Positions 1 through 10,798 are shown, numbered from the stretch's first letter. The stretch is DNA of 64,000 nucleotides from an uncultured Methanosarcinaceae archaeon (GCA_963721455.1 CAVRJG010000039.1:32001-96000), one strand, 5' to 3'. Translations and numbers: made by a program. Notes: generated by a model not told the origin, from the sequence alone.

Positions 1-607
1 AGTACGAATTTACATGTCTCATTCTTTGAGATATTTCCTCCTCATTTCTATTCCTGCGGTCTTTGGGCTTTCGGCTCTTGCAAAACCTTTGCTTGGAATC
101 CTTACCACTGAGGATTTTGTTTCGGGCTGGGTTGTAATCCCGATTACCGCCTTTTCCGGCCTTCTGGCAGGAATTTTTCAGATCTTCGTCAATACAATGT
201 TCCTTGTCAAACAAACGAAAGCTACGACCTACATCAATATTATTGCAGCAGTTTCGAACGTATTGATCAACCTTCTCCTGATACCGTCTGTCGGTATTGT
301 CGGGGCTTCACTCTCAACCTTAATTTCCTACTTTTTATTGGCTGTGCTTTGCATGCGTATGTCCTTAAAACATTTTAAACTCGATTTTTATTTTCATGAT
401 ATTGCGAAAAGCATTCTGTCCTCTATGGCTATGTATGTCTTTGTTTCCCATTGCGTTATCTCAAGCATCTTTGAGCTTTTCGAGATTGCAGGTATGGGTG
501 TATTTATCTATCTGGTTGTGATGTTTTTGGTGGGCGGCTTCAGCGACCACGAAATCTATTTAATACGAAGATATTTATTTAGAGTCAAAAATAAAACCAA
601 GCAATAA
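1..607 (+). CDS. Oligosaccharide flippase (Wzx/MOP superfamily), 3' part; gene starts before the window
   Basis: Polytopic hydrophobic ORF with NIIAAVSNVLINLLLIPSVGIVGASLST, typical of the polysaccharide biosynthesis C-terminal domain; frame is open from the window start. Confidence 0.85.
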   Translation, partial: VRIYMSHSLRYFLLISIPAVFGLSALAKPLLGILTTEDFVSGWVVIPITAFSGLLAGIFQIFVNTMFLVKQTKATTYINIIAAVSNVLINLLLIPSVGIVGASLSTLISYFLLAVLCMRMSLKHFKLDFYFHDIAKSILSSMAMYVFVSHCVISSIFELFEIAGMGVFIYLVVMFLVGGFSDHEIYLIRRYLFRVKNKTKQ

Positions 608-916
608 TTTACCTTTTATTCTCACAATTCTCAGGATTTTTCCAGCAATTGCTGTGGATATCCACACTATCCTTCAAAAACGGTTTTATACTCTCTTCTG
701 TCGTAAACCGCAAAATCAGTTTCATCGGACTCTCCAAAATTTATATAAAAATCCAGTGATATTTTTCCCGCGACCTCTAATATTTGCGATTTCAGATTTC
801 ATCTACAGGAGAATCTCGAAAAAAAGTATGCCAGCCTTAAAAGCCCTGATATCTTAATTTTTACGTTTGGCCAACAAAAACTTAATTTGGAAAAATTGGA
901 ATGGGAATTACTCCAC

Positions 917-1867
917 TTAGTCTCCCCTAAGTAATGCCCTCGCCGTTTCCCTCACGCTTCTCTCCGATGTATACCCAGGCTTCCATCCCAGAGTTTTCAT
1001 TTTCTCGATCCCCAGCCTCATCCTTGGCACATCGCCGTTCCAGCCCCTGCTTCCTCCGGTATAGATAAATTCAACATCAGAAAGCCCCATCTCTTCCGTA
1101 ACAGCTTTTCCGATTTCTGTGGCACTGATGGTATCCTCGGAGCCAACATTGAAGATATTTACCTTTTCTTTGCTTTCTTCTGTTAAAAACAATATTGCAT
1201 CAACGCATTCCGATACATGAAGGTAGGATTTTTCCTGCTTGCCATCACCCAGGATCTCCAGCAGATTGGAGTTTTCCCTCAGCTTTCTTATGAAGTCGAC
1301 AGTAATTCCATGTGTGCTGCGTGGACCAACAATATTTGCAAAACGAAAGATCCATGCCTGCATGTCGAAAGTATGAGAATATGATGTAATAAGAGCCTCA
1401 CAGGCCAGTTTGGAGGCACCGTAAAGGGATATAGGAATAAGAGGGCCATAATCTTCCGGAGTGGGTATAATGTTTGCTTCCCCGTAAACTGTAGAGGTGG
1501 AAGTAAATGCAATTTTTTTAATATTGTTTATCCTCATAGCTTCCAGAAGATTGTAGGTTGCCAGAATATTCTGATCTAAATGGACTTTAGTATTTGAAGC
1601 CCCGAGCCTAACATCAGGATTTGCAGCCACATGACAAACGAGGTCGATATCTTTACAGGTCTTCTCTATCGCTTCCTGGTCAAGAAGATCTCCTTTTATC
1701 AGGGTGAAGTCCGGGTTTTCAAGATGATGCTCTATAAATTCCATTTTTCCTGAGCTCAGGTTATCGAAAACGATAATCCGGTTTCCTTTTTCTATAAGGC
1801 GGTCTACCAGGTGGCTCCCTATGAAACCGGCTCCTCCTGTCACAAGTATTTTATTCTTTGCGGGCAT
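917..1867 (-). CDS. NAD-dependent epimerase/dehydratase (UDP-glucose/UDP-GlcNAc 4-epimerase-like)
   Basis: GGAGFIGS Rossmann motif, STSTVYG and catalytic YGASK (YxxxK) of extended SDRs. Confidence 0.9.
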   Translation of the reverse strand: MPAKNKILVTGGAGFIGSHLVDRLIEKGNRIIVFDNLSSGKMEFIEHHLENPDFTLIKGDLLDQEAIEKTCKDIDLVCHVAANPDVRLGASNTKVHLDQNILATYNLLEAMRINNIKKIAFTSTSTVYGEANIIPTPEDYGPLIPISLYGASKLACEALITSYSHTFDMQAWIFRFANIVGPRSTHGITVDFIRKLRENSNLLEILGDGKQEKSYLHVSECVDAILFLTEESKEKVNIFNVGSEDTISATEIGKAVTEEMGLSDVEFIYTGGSRGWNGDVPRMRLGIEKMKTLGWKPGYTSERSVRETARALLRGD

Positions 1868-2069
1868 GGAAAATCCTCCAAATAATCTTTCTTTCCCTAT
1901 TAATATTTTGTACTGTGTTCAGGTAATCAGAAAACATTTTTACCTCTTTCTCCATATGAGGCTGGGTAAATGATGAGGGGAAAATTAAATAGGTCATGGC
2001 TGAAAAGTAATTTTACTCAACTGTAATAATAACCTTTTCACAGAATTCCCTTTTACCGGAGAGTTTATT

Positions 2070-2957
2070 TTGACTGTCAAAAAAGCAATTATTCCAGCGG
2101 CCGGTCTTGGGACCCGCTTCCTGCCTGCCACAAAGTCAATGCCAAAAGAGATGCTTCCTATCATTGACACACCTGTGATCCAGTACGTTGTAGAAGAAGC
2201 TATTGCCTCGGGAATCGAAGACATTATCATTATCACAGGCCGGGGCAAAAGGGCAATTGAGGATTATTTCGATGATTCCCCCGAACTTGAGATGCACCTT
2301 GCGAAGAAGCACAATATTGAACTTCTTAAGCTAGTCAGGGACGTTTCCTCCCTTGTGGATATTCATTATATCCGCCAGAAAGAGCCAAATGGGCTTGGAG
2401 ATGCAGTCCTCAGGGCAGAAAAACACATTGGGAATGAGCCTTTTGCCGTCCTTCTCGGGGATGATATCATTGTGAATGATAAGCCCTGCACTGCCCAGCT
2501 CATTGAAAATTTTGAAAAATATGGAAGATCCACTCTCGCAGTGGAAGAAGTCCCTTACGAAAAATTAAGCAGTTACGGGATCATAAAGGGAAAACCTCTT
2601 AATGATTCTCTCTATGTACTGGAGGATATTGTCGAAAAACCATCACCTGAAGAGGCTCCTTCAAACATCGGGGCAATTGGCCGTTACGTTTTCACCCCTG
2701 AAATATTTGACTGCATAAGGGATGCAGGGACAGGAATTGGAAGCGAAATCCAGCTTACTGACGGGATCAGAGCCCTGAACAGGACTCAGATGATATATGC
2801 CTGCAGGTTCAAAGGAAAAAGGTTCGATACGGGTGACCGGCTTGGGTACGTAAAATCAATAGTGGATTTTGCCCTTAAAAACGAAAACCTCCGGGAAGAT
2901 ATACTTGAGTATATTGGAGAAATTCTGGCGGCGGAAAAGGATCTCGCAAAAAAGTAG
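2070..2957 (+). CDS. galU: UTP-glucose-1-phosphate uridylyltransferase
   Basis: AAGLGTRFLPATKSMPKEMLP, GLGDA, VEKP and EIQLTD motifs. Confidence 0.95.
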   Translation: MTVKKAIIPAAGLGTRFLPATKSMPKEMLPIIDTPVIQYVVEEAIASGIEDIIIITGRGKRAIEDYFDDSPELEMHLAKKHNIELLKLVRDVSSLVDIHYIRQKEPNGLGDAVLRAEKHIGNEPFAVLLGDDIIVNDKPCTAQLIENFEKYGRSTLAVEEVPYEKLSSYGIIKGKPLNDSLYVLEDIVEKPSPEEAPSNIGAIGRYVFTPEIFDCIRDAGTGIGSEIQLTDGIRALNRTQMIYACRFKGKRFDTGDRLGYVKSIVDFALKNENLREDILEYIGEILAAEKDLAKK

Positions 2958-3042
2958 GCTTGGTATAATAAGGCAGTTAAAGACCAGGACAGTTAAACCA
3001 TATAAACCCTGAATAAAAGAGGGAAATAATTTCTGCCGGTTT

Positions 3043-4326
3043 TTACCAGCAGAGCCCCTCATAATCTATATTTTTCGCTTTAATTACCCTCCTTCCGTCA
3101 ATTACTATCTTTTTCTTCATGCTTTCGAATTCAGACTCGATATGCCTGAACTCATCCCATTCTGTCATTACAAGGCAGGCATCAGCTCCCTTAAGCGCAT
3201 CTTCAGCTTTCTCAGAGTATTCGATTGTCGGAAAGATTCGCTTCATGTTCCCAATTGCCATCGGGTCATAAGCTGAAATCTTTGCCCCCAACCTCAGGAG
3301 TTCGGCAATGACAGGGATAGCTCTGGATTCTCTGATGTCATCCGTCTCATTTTTAAAGGCAAGGCCGAGAACTGCAATCTTTTTGCCTGCAAGGTCTCCT
3401 ATTTTCCTCTGGAGAATTTCGGTCATCAGAAGTGGTTGTTTTTCGTTTACGGTAATTACGGATTCAAGAAGCACAGGAGAGTATCCTATTGCCTTTGCCT
3501 TTCTTATAAGGGCTTTTACATCTTTTGGGAAACAGGACCCTCCAAATCCTGCTCCTGAGTTCAAAAACCTTGGGGATATCCTGGAGTCCTTGCCCACTGC
3601 TTCCATAACCTCGTAGGTATCTATTCCCAGTTTTTTGCAGATATTTCCTATCTCATTGGCAAAGGATATCTTGGTTGCAAGAAGGGAGTTATTTGCGTAT
3701 TTGATCATTTCCGCGGTTGACGGATTCGTGCGGGTTACTTTACATTCAAAGGTCCGGTAAAGTTCCGAGACAAGGTCCCCTGATTTTGGGTCAATTGCTC
3801 CAATAACTATTTTGTCAGGATGCATGAAGTCGTAGACTGCTTTCCCTTCCCTGAGGAATTCGGGATTCATTGCAACTCCGAAATCTTTTCCGGCTATTTT
3901 TCCTGAAGTTTCTTCAAGGACAGGAAGAACAAACTTCTCTGTTGTTTCGGGCACAACTGTGCTTTTTACAACTACTACATGGTACCTCTCTTTCTTTGCT
4001 AGGGCTGCCCCGATACTTGCTGCCGCCGCGCGGATAATTGAAAGGTCTATACTTCCATCTTCTGCTGAGGGAGTTCCTACGCAGATAAATGAGATGTCTG
4101 TTTCCCTGATTGCAAATTCATAATCGTTGGTTGCAATAAGCCTTTTTCCGGCATACTTTCTCAAAAGTTCCCCAAGCCCCTCCTCATAAATAGGAGGGAT
4201 GCCTGCATTTATCTGCTCCATTTTTTTCTTGTCAATATCTACACAGACTACTTCATGTCCCACTTCTGCAAAGCATGCGGCGGTGACTGAGCCCACGTAC
4301 CCTGAACCTATAACGGAAATTTTCAT
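3043..4326 (-). CDS. ugd: UDP-glucose 6-dehydrogenase (UDP-glucose/GDP-mannose dehydrogenase family)
   Basis: GSGYVG, PEFLREG, GFGGSCFPKD (catalytic Cys) and GLAFK..TDDIRES motifs. Confidence 0.92.
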   Translation of the reverse strand: MKISVIGSGYVGSVTAACFAEVGHEVVCVDIDKKKMEQINAGIPPIYEEGLGELLRKYAGKRLIATNDYEFAIRETDISFICVGTPSAEDGSIDLSIIRAAAASIGAALAKKERYHVVVVKSTVVPETTEKFVLPVLEETSGKIAGKDFGVAMNPEFLREGKAVYDFMHPDKIVIGAIDPKSGDLVSELYRTFECKVTRTNPSTAEMIKYANNSLLATKISFANEIGNICKKLGIDTYEVMEAVGKDSRISPRFLNSGAGFGGSCFPKDVKALIRKAKAIGYSPVLLESVITVNEKQPLLMTEILQRKIGDLAGKKIAVLGLAFKNETDDIRESRAIPVIAELLRLGAKISAYDPMAIGNMKRIFPTIEYSEKAEDALKGADACLVMTEWDEFRHIESEFESMKKKIVIDGRRVIKAKNIDYEGLCW

Positions 4327-4558
4327 GATTGAACCTCTTTATTGGAAATTGCAAAGGTAATCAATTCCAATTCTTATTTATTTTTTGATAGGCCACTCTC
4401 TGAATCTCCTCAGTAAATTGCCAATCTATCAGGCCTTATATAGTTAATACTTTCGTCCCTATTCATATATTTAAATAGTTTTGATGTTTATACCTTCTAT
4501 AGTTAGGATTTAGTATATGTTCTGACAATTCCTTTACAGAGACTTTGGGGGATTTATA

Positions 4559-4849
4559 ATGCTTTCAATGTTTGGCATGGGTACTGAAGAGTTTGCGGCG
4601 GGAAGTTCTTTTCCTGATTTAGGCATCTGTTTTCTCTCGACGGATTTTGGAATCCCTGAATATTATAAGATAACTGTGGTGGGGCTCATTGTCCTTCTGG
4701 GTATGAAGGAAATGCTACTGGCCTCCGGCGAAGAAGACTACTTTTCGGTGGATTCCATGGATATGGGAATTTACCCTCTGATAATATGTTTTGTTGCTAG
4801 TTTCCTCTTTGCAGGTCTGGAAATAATTTTCACAAAGTTAGCCCCCTGA
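4559..4849 (+). CDS. Small hypothetical membrane protein (2 predicted TM helices)
   Basis: 96 aa with hydrophobic segments ITVVGLIVLLGMKE and IYPLIICFVASFLFAG; G-rich SD-like GGGGG before the ATG. Confidence 0.6.
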   Translation: MLSMFGMGTEEFAAGSSFPDLGICFLSTDFGIPEYYKITVVGLIVLLGMKEMLLASGEEDYFSVDSMDMGIYPLIICFVASFLFAGLEIIFTKLAP

Positions 4850-5425
4850 AGTTCCTCAATTTTTTTATTTTAAAGTTCTATTTCCTTGTTATGATAAGCG
4901 CGTTTTTCTGTGAAAACATCGGAGGTTAAATAACATGTATTTTTTGATTTCCTGGAATAAAAAAGTCTATAATTCTTCGCAGTAAAAATTTTAGTTATCT
5001 TAGTTCAGTAACTCTGTTTCCATAATTATTTATTCTCGAGTTATTTATCTTCTAATCATAATATTGTTTGTTAGTGGCCCTATCTGAAGTAAAAATTTAA
5101 GCTTCGTGAGGACACTATTATGGGGGCGCTCCAGCCGCTGGACCGAAATAGTTACTATCTGTTAAGGTAGAGCGAGATGTAAGGAGTTTATCTGACAGAA
5201 AGGTTCGGAACCGGGGTTGAGCAAGAACCAGGACTCGACTGCATGCCTCTTTATAAGGGAAAGCAGGAAGATTTCCTGATTTGTTAATTTACTTTGTCTC
5301 ATATGCTCTTATACTGCGTTTGAAATCAGGTTTTCACCCTCAGTATGGAAGGGCCCTTTGTACAGACAGACTGTTTATCTCTCTTGGAGTATTATATATA
5401 GCAAATATTATTGGGGAGTGAAATA

Positions 5426-6499
5426 TTGAGAGTCCTTGTCGATATAGGGCATCCAGCCCATGTTCATTTTTTTAAAAACACTATCTGGAATCTTGAGAAA
5501 AAAGGACATCAAGTAATGGTAGTCTCGCGGGATAAGGATGTGGTAATAGAGCTATTGGATGCCTACGGAATTCCGCATACGGTTCTAAGCAAAGTACAAC
5601 CAGGAAAGGCTCATTTGCTTGAAGAATGGTTTATAAGAGAGTTTAAAACTCTTAAAATCACAAAACAATTTAACCCTGACCTTATTATGGGCATCCTTTC
5701 TCCAACTGTAGCTCATATAGCCTGGATGCAGCGGAAAAAATCCATAATTTTTAACGACACTGAACACGCAGTAATAGCTCAGAAGCTAACCTATCCTTTC
5801 TGTGATATAATCTGCACGCCATCATGCTATAAAAAAAATGAAGGAAAAAAACAGATGAGGTATAGTGGCTATCATGAACTTGCTTACCTCCACCCATCTT
5901 ATTTTACTCCACATCCGGAGGTTCTGAAAGACCTGGGGGTAGAGGCGGGTGAGCCTTTCACAATCCTTCGCTTCGTTTCATGGGGAGCGCACCATGATGT
6001 CGGCCAACATGGAATCAAGAATAAAATAGCTCTTGTTCAAGAACTCGAAAAATTCGGGAAAGTATTCATAACTTCAGAAGGACCACTGGCAGAGGAATTT
6101 GAAAGGTATCGAATCCGGGTCTCCCCCGAAAAAATTCATCATCTGCTCTATTATGCCACACTGTATGTGGGCGAAGGGGCAACAATGGCTGTTGAAAGTG
6201 CAATCCTGGGAACTCCTTCAATCTATATTTCCACTCTTGCGGGAACTATGGGGAACTTTTCCGAACTCGAGAAGAAGTACGGTTTGCTTTTTAACTACAG
6301 TGATTCGGAATCTGCCCTGGCAAAAACCATAGAACTTCTCAAGGATTCGGAACTTAAGAAAACCTGGGGTCTGAAAAGGGCTGCTCTTCTCAGGGATAAA
6401 ATCAATGTGACCGAATTCATTGTCAAGCTCATAGAAAGCCTTCCTGAAAAAAAATCCGGAGTTTCTTTATCTTCAGTTTCGGATGAGCCTTATGTATGA
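5426..6499 (+). CDS. DUF354 family protein (GT-B-like fold)
   Basis: RVLVDIGHPAHVHFFK, DTEHA, GYHELAYLHP and GEGATMAVESAILGTP motifs; likely TTG start at 5426 after GGGGAG (ORF track starts at 5411). Confidence 0.85.
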   Translation: MRVLVDIGHPAHVHFFKNTIWNLEKKGHQVMVVSRDKDVVIELLDAYGIPHTVLSKVQPGKAHLLEEWFIREFKTLKITKQFNPDLIMGILSPTVAHIAWMQRKKSIIFNDTEHAVIAQKLTYPFCDIICTPSCYKKNEGKKQMRYSGYHELAYLHPSYFTPHPEVLKDLGVEAGEPFTILRFVSWGAHHDVGQHGIKNKIALVQELEKFGKVFITSEGPLAEEFERYRIRVSPEKIHHLLYYATLYVGEGATMAVESAILGTPSIYISTLAGTMGNFSELEKKYGLLFNYSDSESALAKTIELLKDSELKKTWGLKRAALLRDKINVTEFIVKLIESLPEKKSGVSLSSVSDEPYV

Positions 6500-7532
6500 G
6501 TTAATGAAACAAAACCAGGATATATGGGATCTTTTCACCCGAAAAGAAGAATATTCTCCCGAAAAGCTGGATGAGCATGAGCGTTTTCTTTTCTCTGAAA
6601 AAGATCTCAGAAATGCTTCTGAGCCTGAGGTTTCCAGATATCTTATGGAACATGGGATGCAGGTCGAATTTCCTGAAAATAAAACATTTGCCGTTTGTTT
6701 AACTCATGATGTGGACGATATTTATCCACCTCTTTCCCATAGCTTACTGTCCTCAGCTTACTGCCTCAAACAGTTGAATCTCAAGGATTCTGTAGCTCAG
6801 TTACTGTGGAAATTGAGGGGGATGGACTACTCCCCTTATCTTAATTTTTCTGAAATTATGGACCTTGAAGCCAGTTTTGGAGCAAAGTCCTCTTTTTATT
6901 TCATTGCTGCAGAAGCCGACCCCATACGATTCCGGTATAATATAGAGGACATAGGACATCATTTGGGAGAAGTTTCAGATAGAGGGTGGGAAGTTGGCCT
7001 TCACGGAGGTTATTATTCATATGACAGTTCAGAAAAAATAAAAAAAGAAAAAGAAAGACTTGAAGCGATTCTGGGAAAAGAAGTCATAGGTTTTCGCAAC
7101 CATTACCTTAGGTTCAAAACTCCTGACTCCTGGGAAATACTGGCAGATGCCGGTTTCAGCTATGATTCCACTTTCGGACACAGGTATTCAGTTGGCTTCA
7201 GGAACGGAATGTGCCACCCTTTCAATCCATATAACCTGAAAGAAGGCCGGGAAATAGAGATCCTCGAAATTCCACTTGTCTTAATGGATGTTGCGCTTTT
7301 TGCTACTTCAAAATCTTTTGAGGAAGTCTGGGCGCGCACAAAAAATCTGATTGATACTACAGCAAGTCTCAACGGTGTCATTACCCTGCTGTGGCATAAT
7401 TTCGTTTTCGGTTGTAGTTTCCGAAAAGATTGGGTAAGGCTGTATGAAAAGGTGCTGCAATATTGCTCTGGAAGAGGGGCCTGGATGACAAGCGGGGAAG
7501 AGATTTACCGGTGGTGGGGAGATGGACCCTGA
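6483..7532 (+). CDS. Polysaccharide deacetylase (CE4/NodB-like)
   Basis: LTHDVD, EVGLHG, GFRNHYLRF, YDST and LLWH motifs; overlaps both neighbours, suggesting an operon. Confidence 0.88.
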   Translation: MSLMYELMKQNQDIWDLFTRKEEYSPEKLDEHERFLFSEKDLRNASEPEVSRYLMEHGMQVEFPENKTFAVCLTHDVDDIYPPLSHSLLSSAYCLKQLNLKDSVAQLLWKLRGMDYSPYLNFSEIMDLEASFGAKSSFYFIAAEADPIRFRYNIEDIGHHLGEVSDRGWEVGLHGGYYSYDSSEKIKKEKERLEAILGKEVIGFRNHYLRFKTPDSWEILADAGFSYDSTFGHRYSVGFRNGMCHPFNPYNLKEGREIEILEIPLVLMDVALFATSKSFEEVWARTKNLIDTTASLNGVITLLWHNFVFGCSFRKDWVRLYEKVLQYCSGRGAWMTSGEEIYRWWGDGP

Positions 7533-8448
7533 CTTAAAAGGAAAATACCTGCTGATTACACCTGCAAGGAATGAAGAACAAAATCTGCCCGAAGTCTCGA
7601 AGTCCGTAACAGGACAGAAAGTAAAACCGGAGTTATGGATTATAGTCGACGATGGGAGTACGGATGACACATCATGTATTGTCGAAAACCTGAAGGCCAG
7701 TTACTCCTGGATTCAGAGTATAAGGCTGCCTCCGAAGCCAAGAGACATTACCTTTCACTACAGTTATGTCTGTAAACAGGGCTTTGATTATGCAATTGAG
7801 TATTGCAGGGAAAATAATCTCGAATTCGAGTATATAGGCCTTCTTGATGCTGATACTGTGCTGGAAGATAACTATTTTGGAAAACTTTTGGCTGAATTTG
7901 AAAAAGATGATTCGCTCGGTATTGCAAGCGGGGGAGTGTATTACGATACCGGCGGGAAACTTTCCAGGGAAATGACTGATAAAAACCTACCTCGCGGCAC
8001 AGGAAGACTCTGGAAAAATGAGTGCTTCGTCGAGACCGGCGGCTACCAGGTTGAACCGTCTCCAGATTCGATTTCCAATATAAAAGCTTTCCTGCGAGGC
8101 TGGGGGCTCATGCAATATGCTGATGTTGTCCAGATCCAGAAGCGTAAGACGAGTTCAGCGAACGGGTGCTGGCATGGATATGTCAAAAACGGATGGATGG
8201 CTTATTACCTTGGAAAAAATTCTTTTTTGGCCCTGCTAAACGTGCTTTATTACTCAGTGAAATCTCCCTACTATACAGGCGCTGCCTACTGCTGGGGGTA
8301 TCTTGGTTCGGCAATCAGGAGGGAGAAAAAAATCCAGGATCCTGAAATAAGAGCTTACTACGGGAATCAGGGGTTTGCAGGACTGTTATCCCGAATTTCG
8401 GGAATTTTCAGCCGGAACTCAAGAGGTGCACGGAAGGGAGAAAAGTGA
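7522..8448 (+). CDS. Glycosyltransferase family 2
   Basis: ITPARNEE, VDDGSTD and DAD (DxD) motifs. Confidence 0.9.
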   Translation: MDPDLKGKYLLITPARNEEQNLPEVSKSVTGQKVKPELWIIVDDGSTDDTSCIVENLKASYSWIQSIRLPPKPRDITFHYSYVCKQGFDYAIEYCRENNLEFEYIGLLDADTVLEDNYFGKLLAEFEKDDSLGIASGGVYYDTGGKLSREMTDKNLPRGTGRLWKNECFVETGGYQVEPSPDSISNIKAFLRGWGLMQYADVVQIQKRKTSSANGCWHGYVKNGWMAYYLGKNSFLALLNVLYYSVKSPYYTGAAYCWGYLGSAIRREKKIQDPEIRAYYGNQGFAGLLSRISGIFSRNSRGARKGEK

Positions 8449-8494
8449 ATGTCAGTAAATCTTTTGAGAAAGCAGTCTATTTGCAGGTGATAAT

Positions 8495-9715
8495 TTGAAG
8501 ATGCTTTTTCTGGATATGGTAAGGCCCCTTTCTCTGGCGGATGGCTCGCTTATCCACAGGTACGAACTTGTGAGCAATCTTGCCAGACTGGACAATGAGA
8601 TCCATATATTTACTACTGACATGAGCTCTCTTTCGAATGTGTCTAACATTCACCGCCATTATGTTCCTCCTGGAAGCCTCTTTTCACTTGCTGTCAATTA
8701 TTTCAGCAATTTTGTAAGCCTTCTGGGTTCCGAAACTTTTGATGTGCTGTATACCCGCAATCCTAATTTTGGCTTTCTTGCTGGGCTCTTCTGTAAAAGC
8801 AGATGCAAAAAAATGGTTTACGAATTAAACGGGATTCCTGAGGACGAAAAGAGTCTCTTCAGGGCAAAATATGAGGATGGTAAATTCTCACAGCCAGGAA
8901 AAAAGAGCAGCTTCTCAAATCAATATTTTTCTGCACATGCCAGACTCAAACTATTTATCCTCAAGAAAGCTCTTGGGTTTTCGGACAGAATAATTGCTGT
9001 GACCCCTGGAATAAAAGTAAATCTTGAGAAGGTTTACAACATCCCCGGAGAAAAAATAGTTGTGGTTTCCAATGGGGCAAATACTTCCATGTTCAAGCCA
9101 CTGGAACAGGAAACCTGCAGAAGACAACTGGGCCTGGACCCTAAAATTCCCTATGTATGTTTTGTGGGCAATCTTGCTCCCTGGCAGGGGGTCGAATATC
9201 TGGTAAAGGCAGCTCCCTATATACTTTCCCGATCTCCTGAATGCCGCTTTCTGATTGTCGGAGACGGGGTCATGAAAGATGATCTTTTCAAGCTCTGCAG
9301 GGAACTCGGGGTTGAAGATAGGTTCATTTTCACGGGGGTGGTTGCTTACGACCGCGTGCCTCTTTACATCAATGCAAGTGATACCTGTACCGCTCCCTTT
9401 ATATTTGCCAGAAACGCAAAAATAGGCCTGTCTCCGTTGAAATTATACGAGTACATGGCTTGCGGAAAGCCCGTAGTTGCAAGTAATATCAGTGGCGTCT
9501 CCGATGTACTCGAAGTTTCCGAAGGTGGGATTCCTGTCCTTCCTGAAGATCCGGGTGCCCTTGCAGAAGGTATCTTAAAATTGCTTGAAAATCCGGATTT
9601 GAGAACTAAATTGGGTTCAAAAGGTTTAAGTTATGTTACTGAAAATTACAGCTGGTACAGTGTTGCGAAAAAGGTTAACAGAGTCTGTAAATCAGGACTC
9701 GAGGCCGAGAATTAA
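8495..9715 (+). CDS. Glycosyltransferase family 4
   Basis: GT-B motifs FVGNLAPWQG and SPLKLYEYMACGKPVV; AGGTGA SD before the TTG. Confidence 0.9.
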   Translation: MKMLFLDMVRPLSLADGSLIHRYELVSNLARLDNEIHIFTTDMSSLSNVSNIHRHYVPPGSLFSLAVNYFSNFVSLLGSETFDVLYTRNPNFGFLAGLFCKSRCKKMVYELNGIPEDEKSLFRAKYEDGKFSQPGKKSSFSNQYFSAHARLKLFILKKALGFSDRIIAVTPGIKVNLEKVYNIPGEKIVVVSNGANTSMFKPLEQETCRRQLGLDPKIPYVCFVGNLAPWQGVEYLVKAAPYILSRSPECRFLIVGDGVMKDDLFKLCRELGVEDRFIFTGVVAYDRVPLYINASDTCTAPFIFARNAKIGLSPLKLYEYMACGKPVVASNISGVSDVLEVSEGGIPVLPEDPGALAEGILKLLENPDLRTKLGSKGLSYVTENYSWYSVAKKVNRVCKSGLEAEN

Positions 9716-9790
9716 AGTCTCAAAATTTGTCTTATATTTTCCTATAATTCATCACAGATACGATAATTATCTATTTGCACGGGGCTTAAA

Positions 9791-10798
9791 ATGGACGAGA
9801 TTGAAGTTAGAGAATTAGTGCCATCCGAATACAGAGATTGGGATTTGCTTGTAGATAAAGCTCAACCTGGTACACTCTTTCACACCAGCCAATGGCTGGA
9901 AATTTGCAGGGATGTCCTTGCCAGGGATCTCAGGATCTATGGCTGTTTCAGAAACGGCGAGCTTGTGGGGGGGTGCCCCCTTTTTATTAAGAACTTCAAA
10001 GGGTTCTTGAAAGTGGCATCTTCAACGTGTAATATGACTGACTATTGCGGACCTCTTATTAAAGAGGGTGCCAGCTCCAAAGCGAGCAAGAGAGTACAGG
10101 AAACTCATGAAATCCTTAACGCCCTGAGGGAATTCCTCTGCAAGCAGGAATTTGATAGTATTCACCTGACATTTTCTCCAGGGTTTGAGGATATAAGACC
10201 ATTTACATGGAATGGATGGGACTCAAAGATTCACTATACCCATCATCTGAACCTGAAAGAAAATGTCGATAATAGCATTTCAAGAAAGATCCGGAGAGAG
10301 CTTAAATCCGCAGGTGAGGCGGGACTTAAAACAAGGATATGGAATGATCCTGAAACCTATTATGGTTTGCTTTCCAAAGTCTATGAGAAACAGAACCTGG
10401 AACCTCCGCTGCCCAGGGAATTTTTCGAAAGGGTTTTTAATCTGATCCGGGAAAAAGATATTGGTTACATGTTTGTTTCCGAGACCCCCGAAGGAGAGGC
10501 AGTTGCAGCACATCTGAACCTTTACGGAAAGAAGTGCACGGTTACCTGGTCATCTGCTCTGTCCCCGTCCTTTAGCAAGATGGGGGCCAATTCTCTTCTC
10601 TATTACAATGAGTTTCTTGACCTGCAGTCCAGAAACTTTGAGTACATGAACGTCATGGCAGGAAATGTTCCCAGATTTGCGGATTTTATCCTGGGCTTTT
10701 CTCCTGAGCTAATGCCCTACTATAGTGTAACCCTGGAAAGCAAAAGGTATTCGATCCTGAAAACTTTTTACAAAACCACGCATCAGGAAACTTACTGA
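9791..10798 (+). CDS. GNAT-family (FemAB/BioF2-like) acyltransferase
   Basis: WDxxV..GTLFHTSQWL, YCGP, SRKIRRELK and GANSLLYY motifs typical of EPS-associated FemAB-like proteins. Confidence 0.8.
   Translation: MDEIEVRELVPSEYRDWDLLVDKAQPGTLFHTSQWLEICRDVLARDLRIYGCFRNGELVGGCPLFIKNFKGFLKVASSTCNMTDYCGPLIKEGASSKASKRVQETHEILNALREFLCKQEFDSIHLTFSPGFEDIRPFTWNGWDSKIHYTHHLNLKENVDNSISRKIRRELKSAGEAGLKTRIWNDPETYYGLLSKVYEKQNLEPPLPREFFERVFNLIREKDIGYMFVSETPEGEAVAAHLNLYGKKCTVTWSSALSPSFSKMGANSLLYYNEFLDLQSRNFEYMNVMAGNVPRFADFILGFSPELMPYYSVTLESKRYSILKTFYKTTHQETY

Noticed and set aside
654-857. 67-aa ORF between the flippase and the epimerase
   Set aside because: No SD, motif or recognisable homology; likely spurious in a convergent intergenic region
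2955-2996. Pyrrolysine read-through of the galU TAG stop
   Set aside because: GalU is complete at the TAG, and read-through adds only about 13 unremarkable residues before TAA
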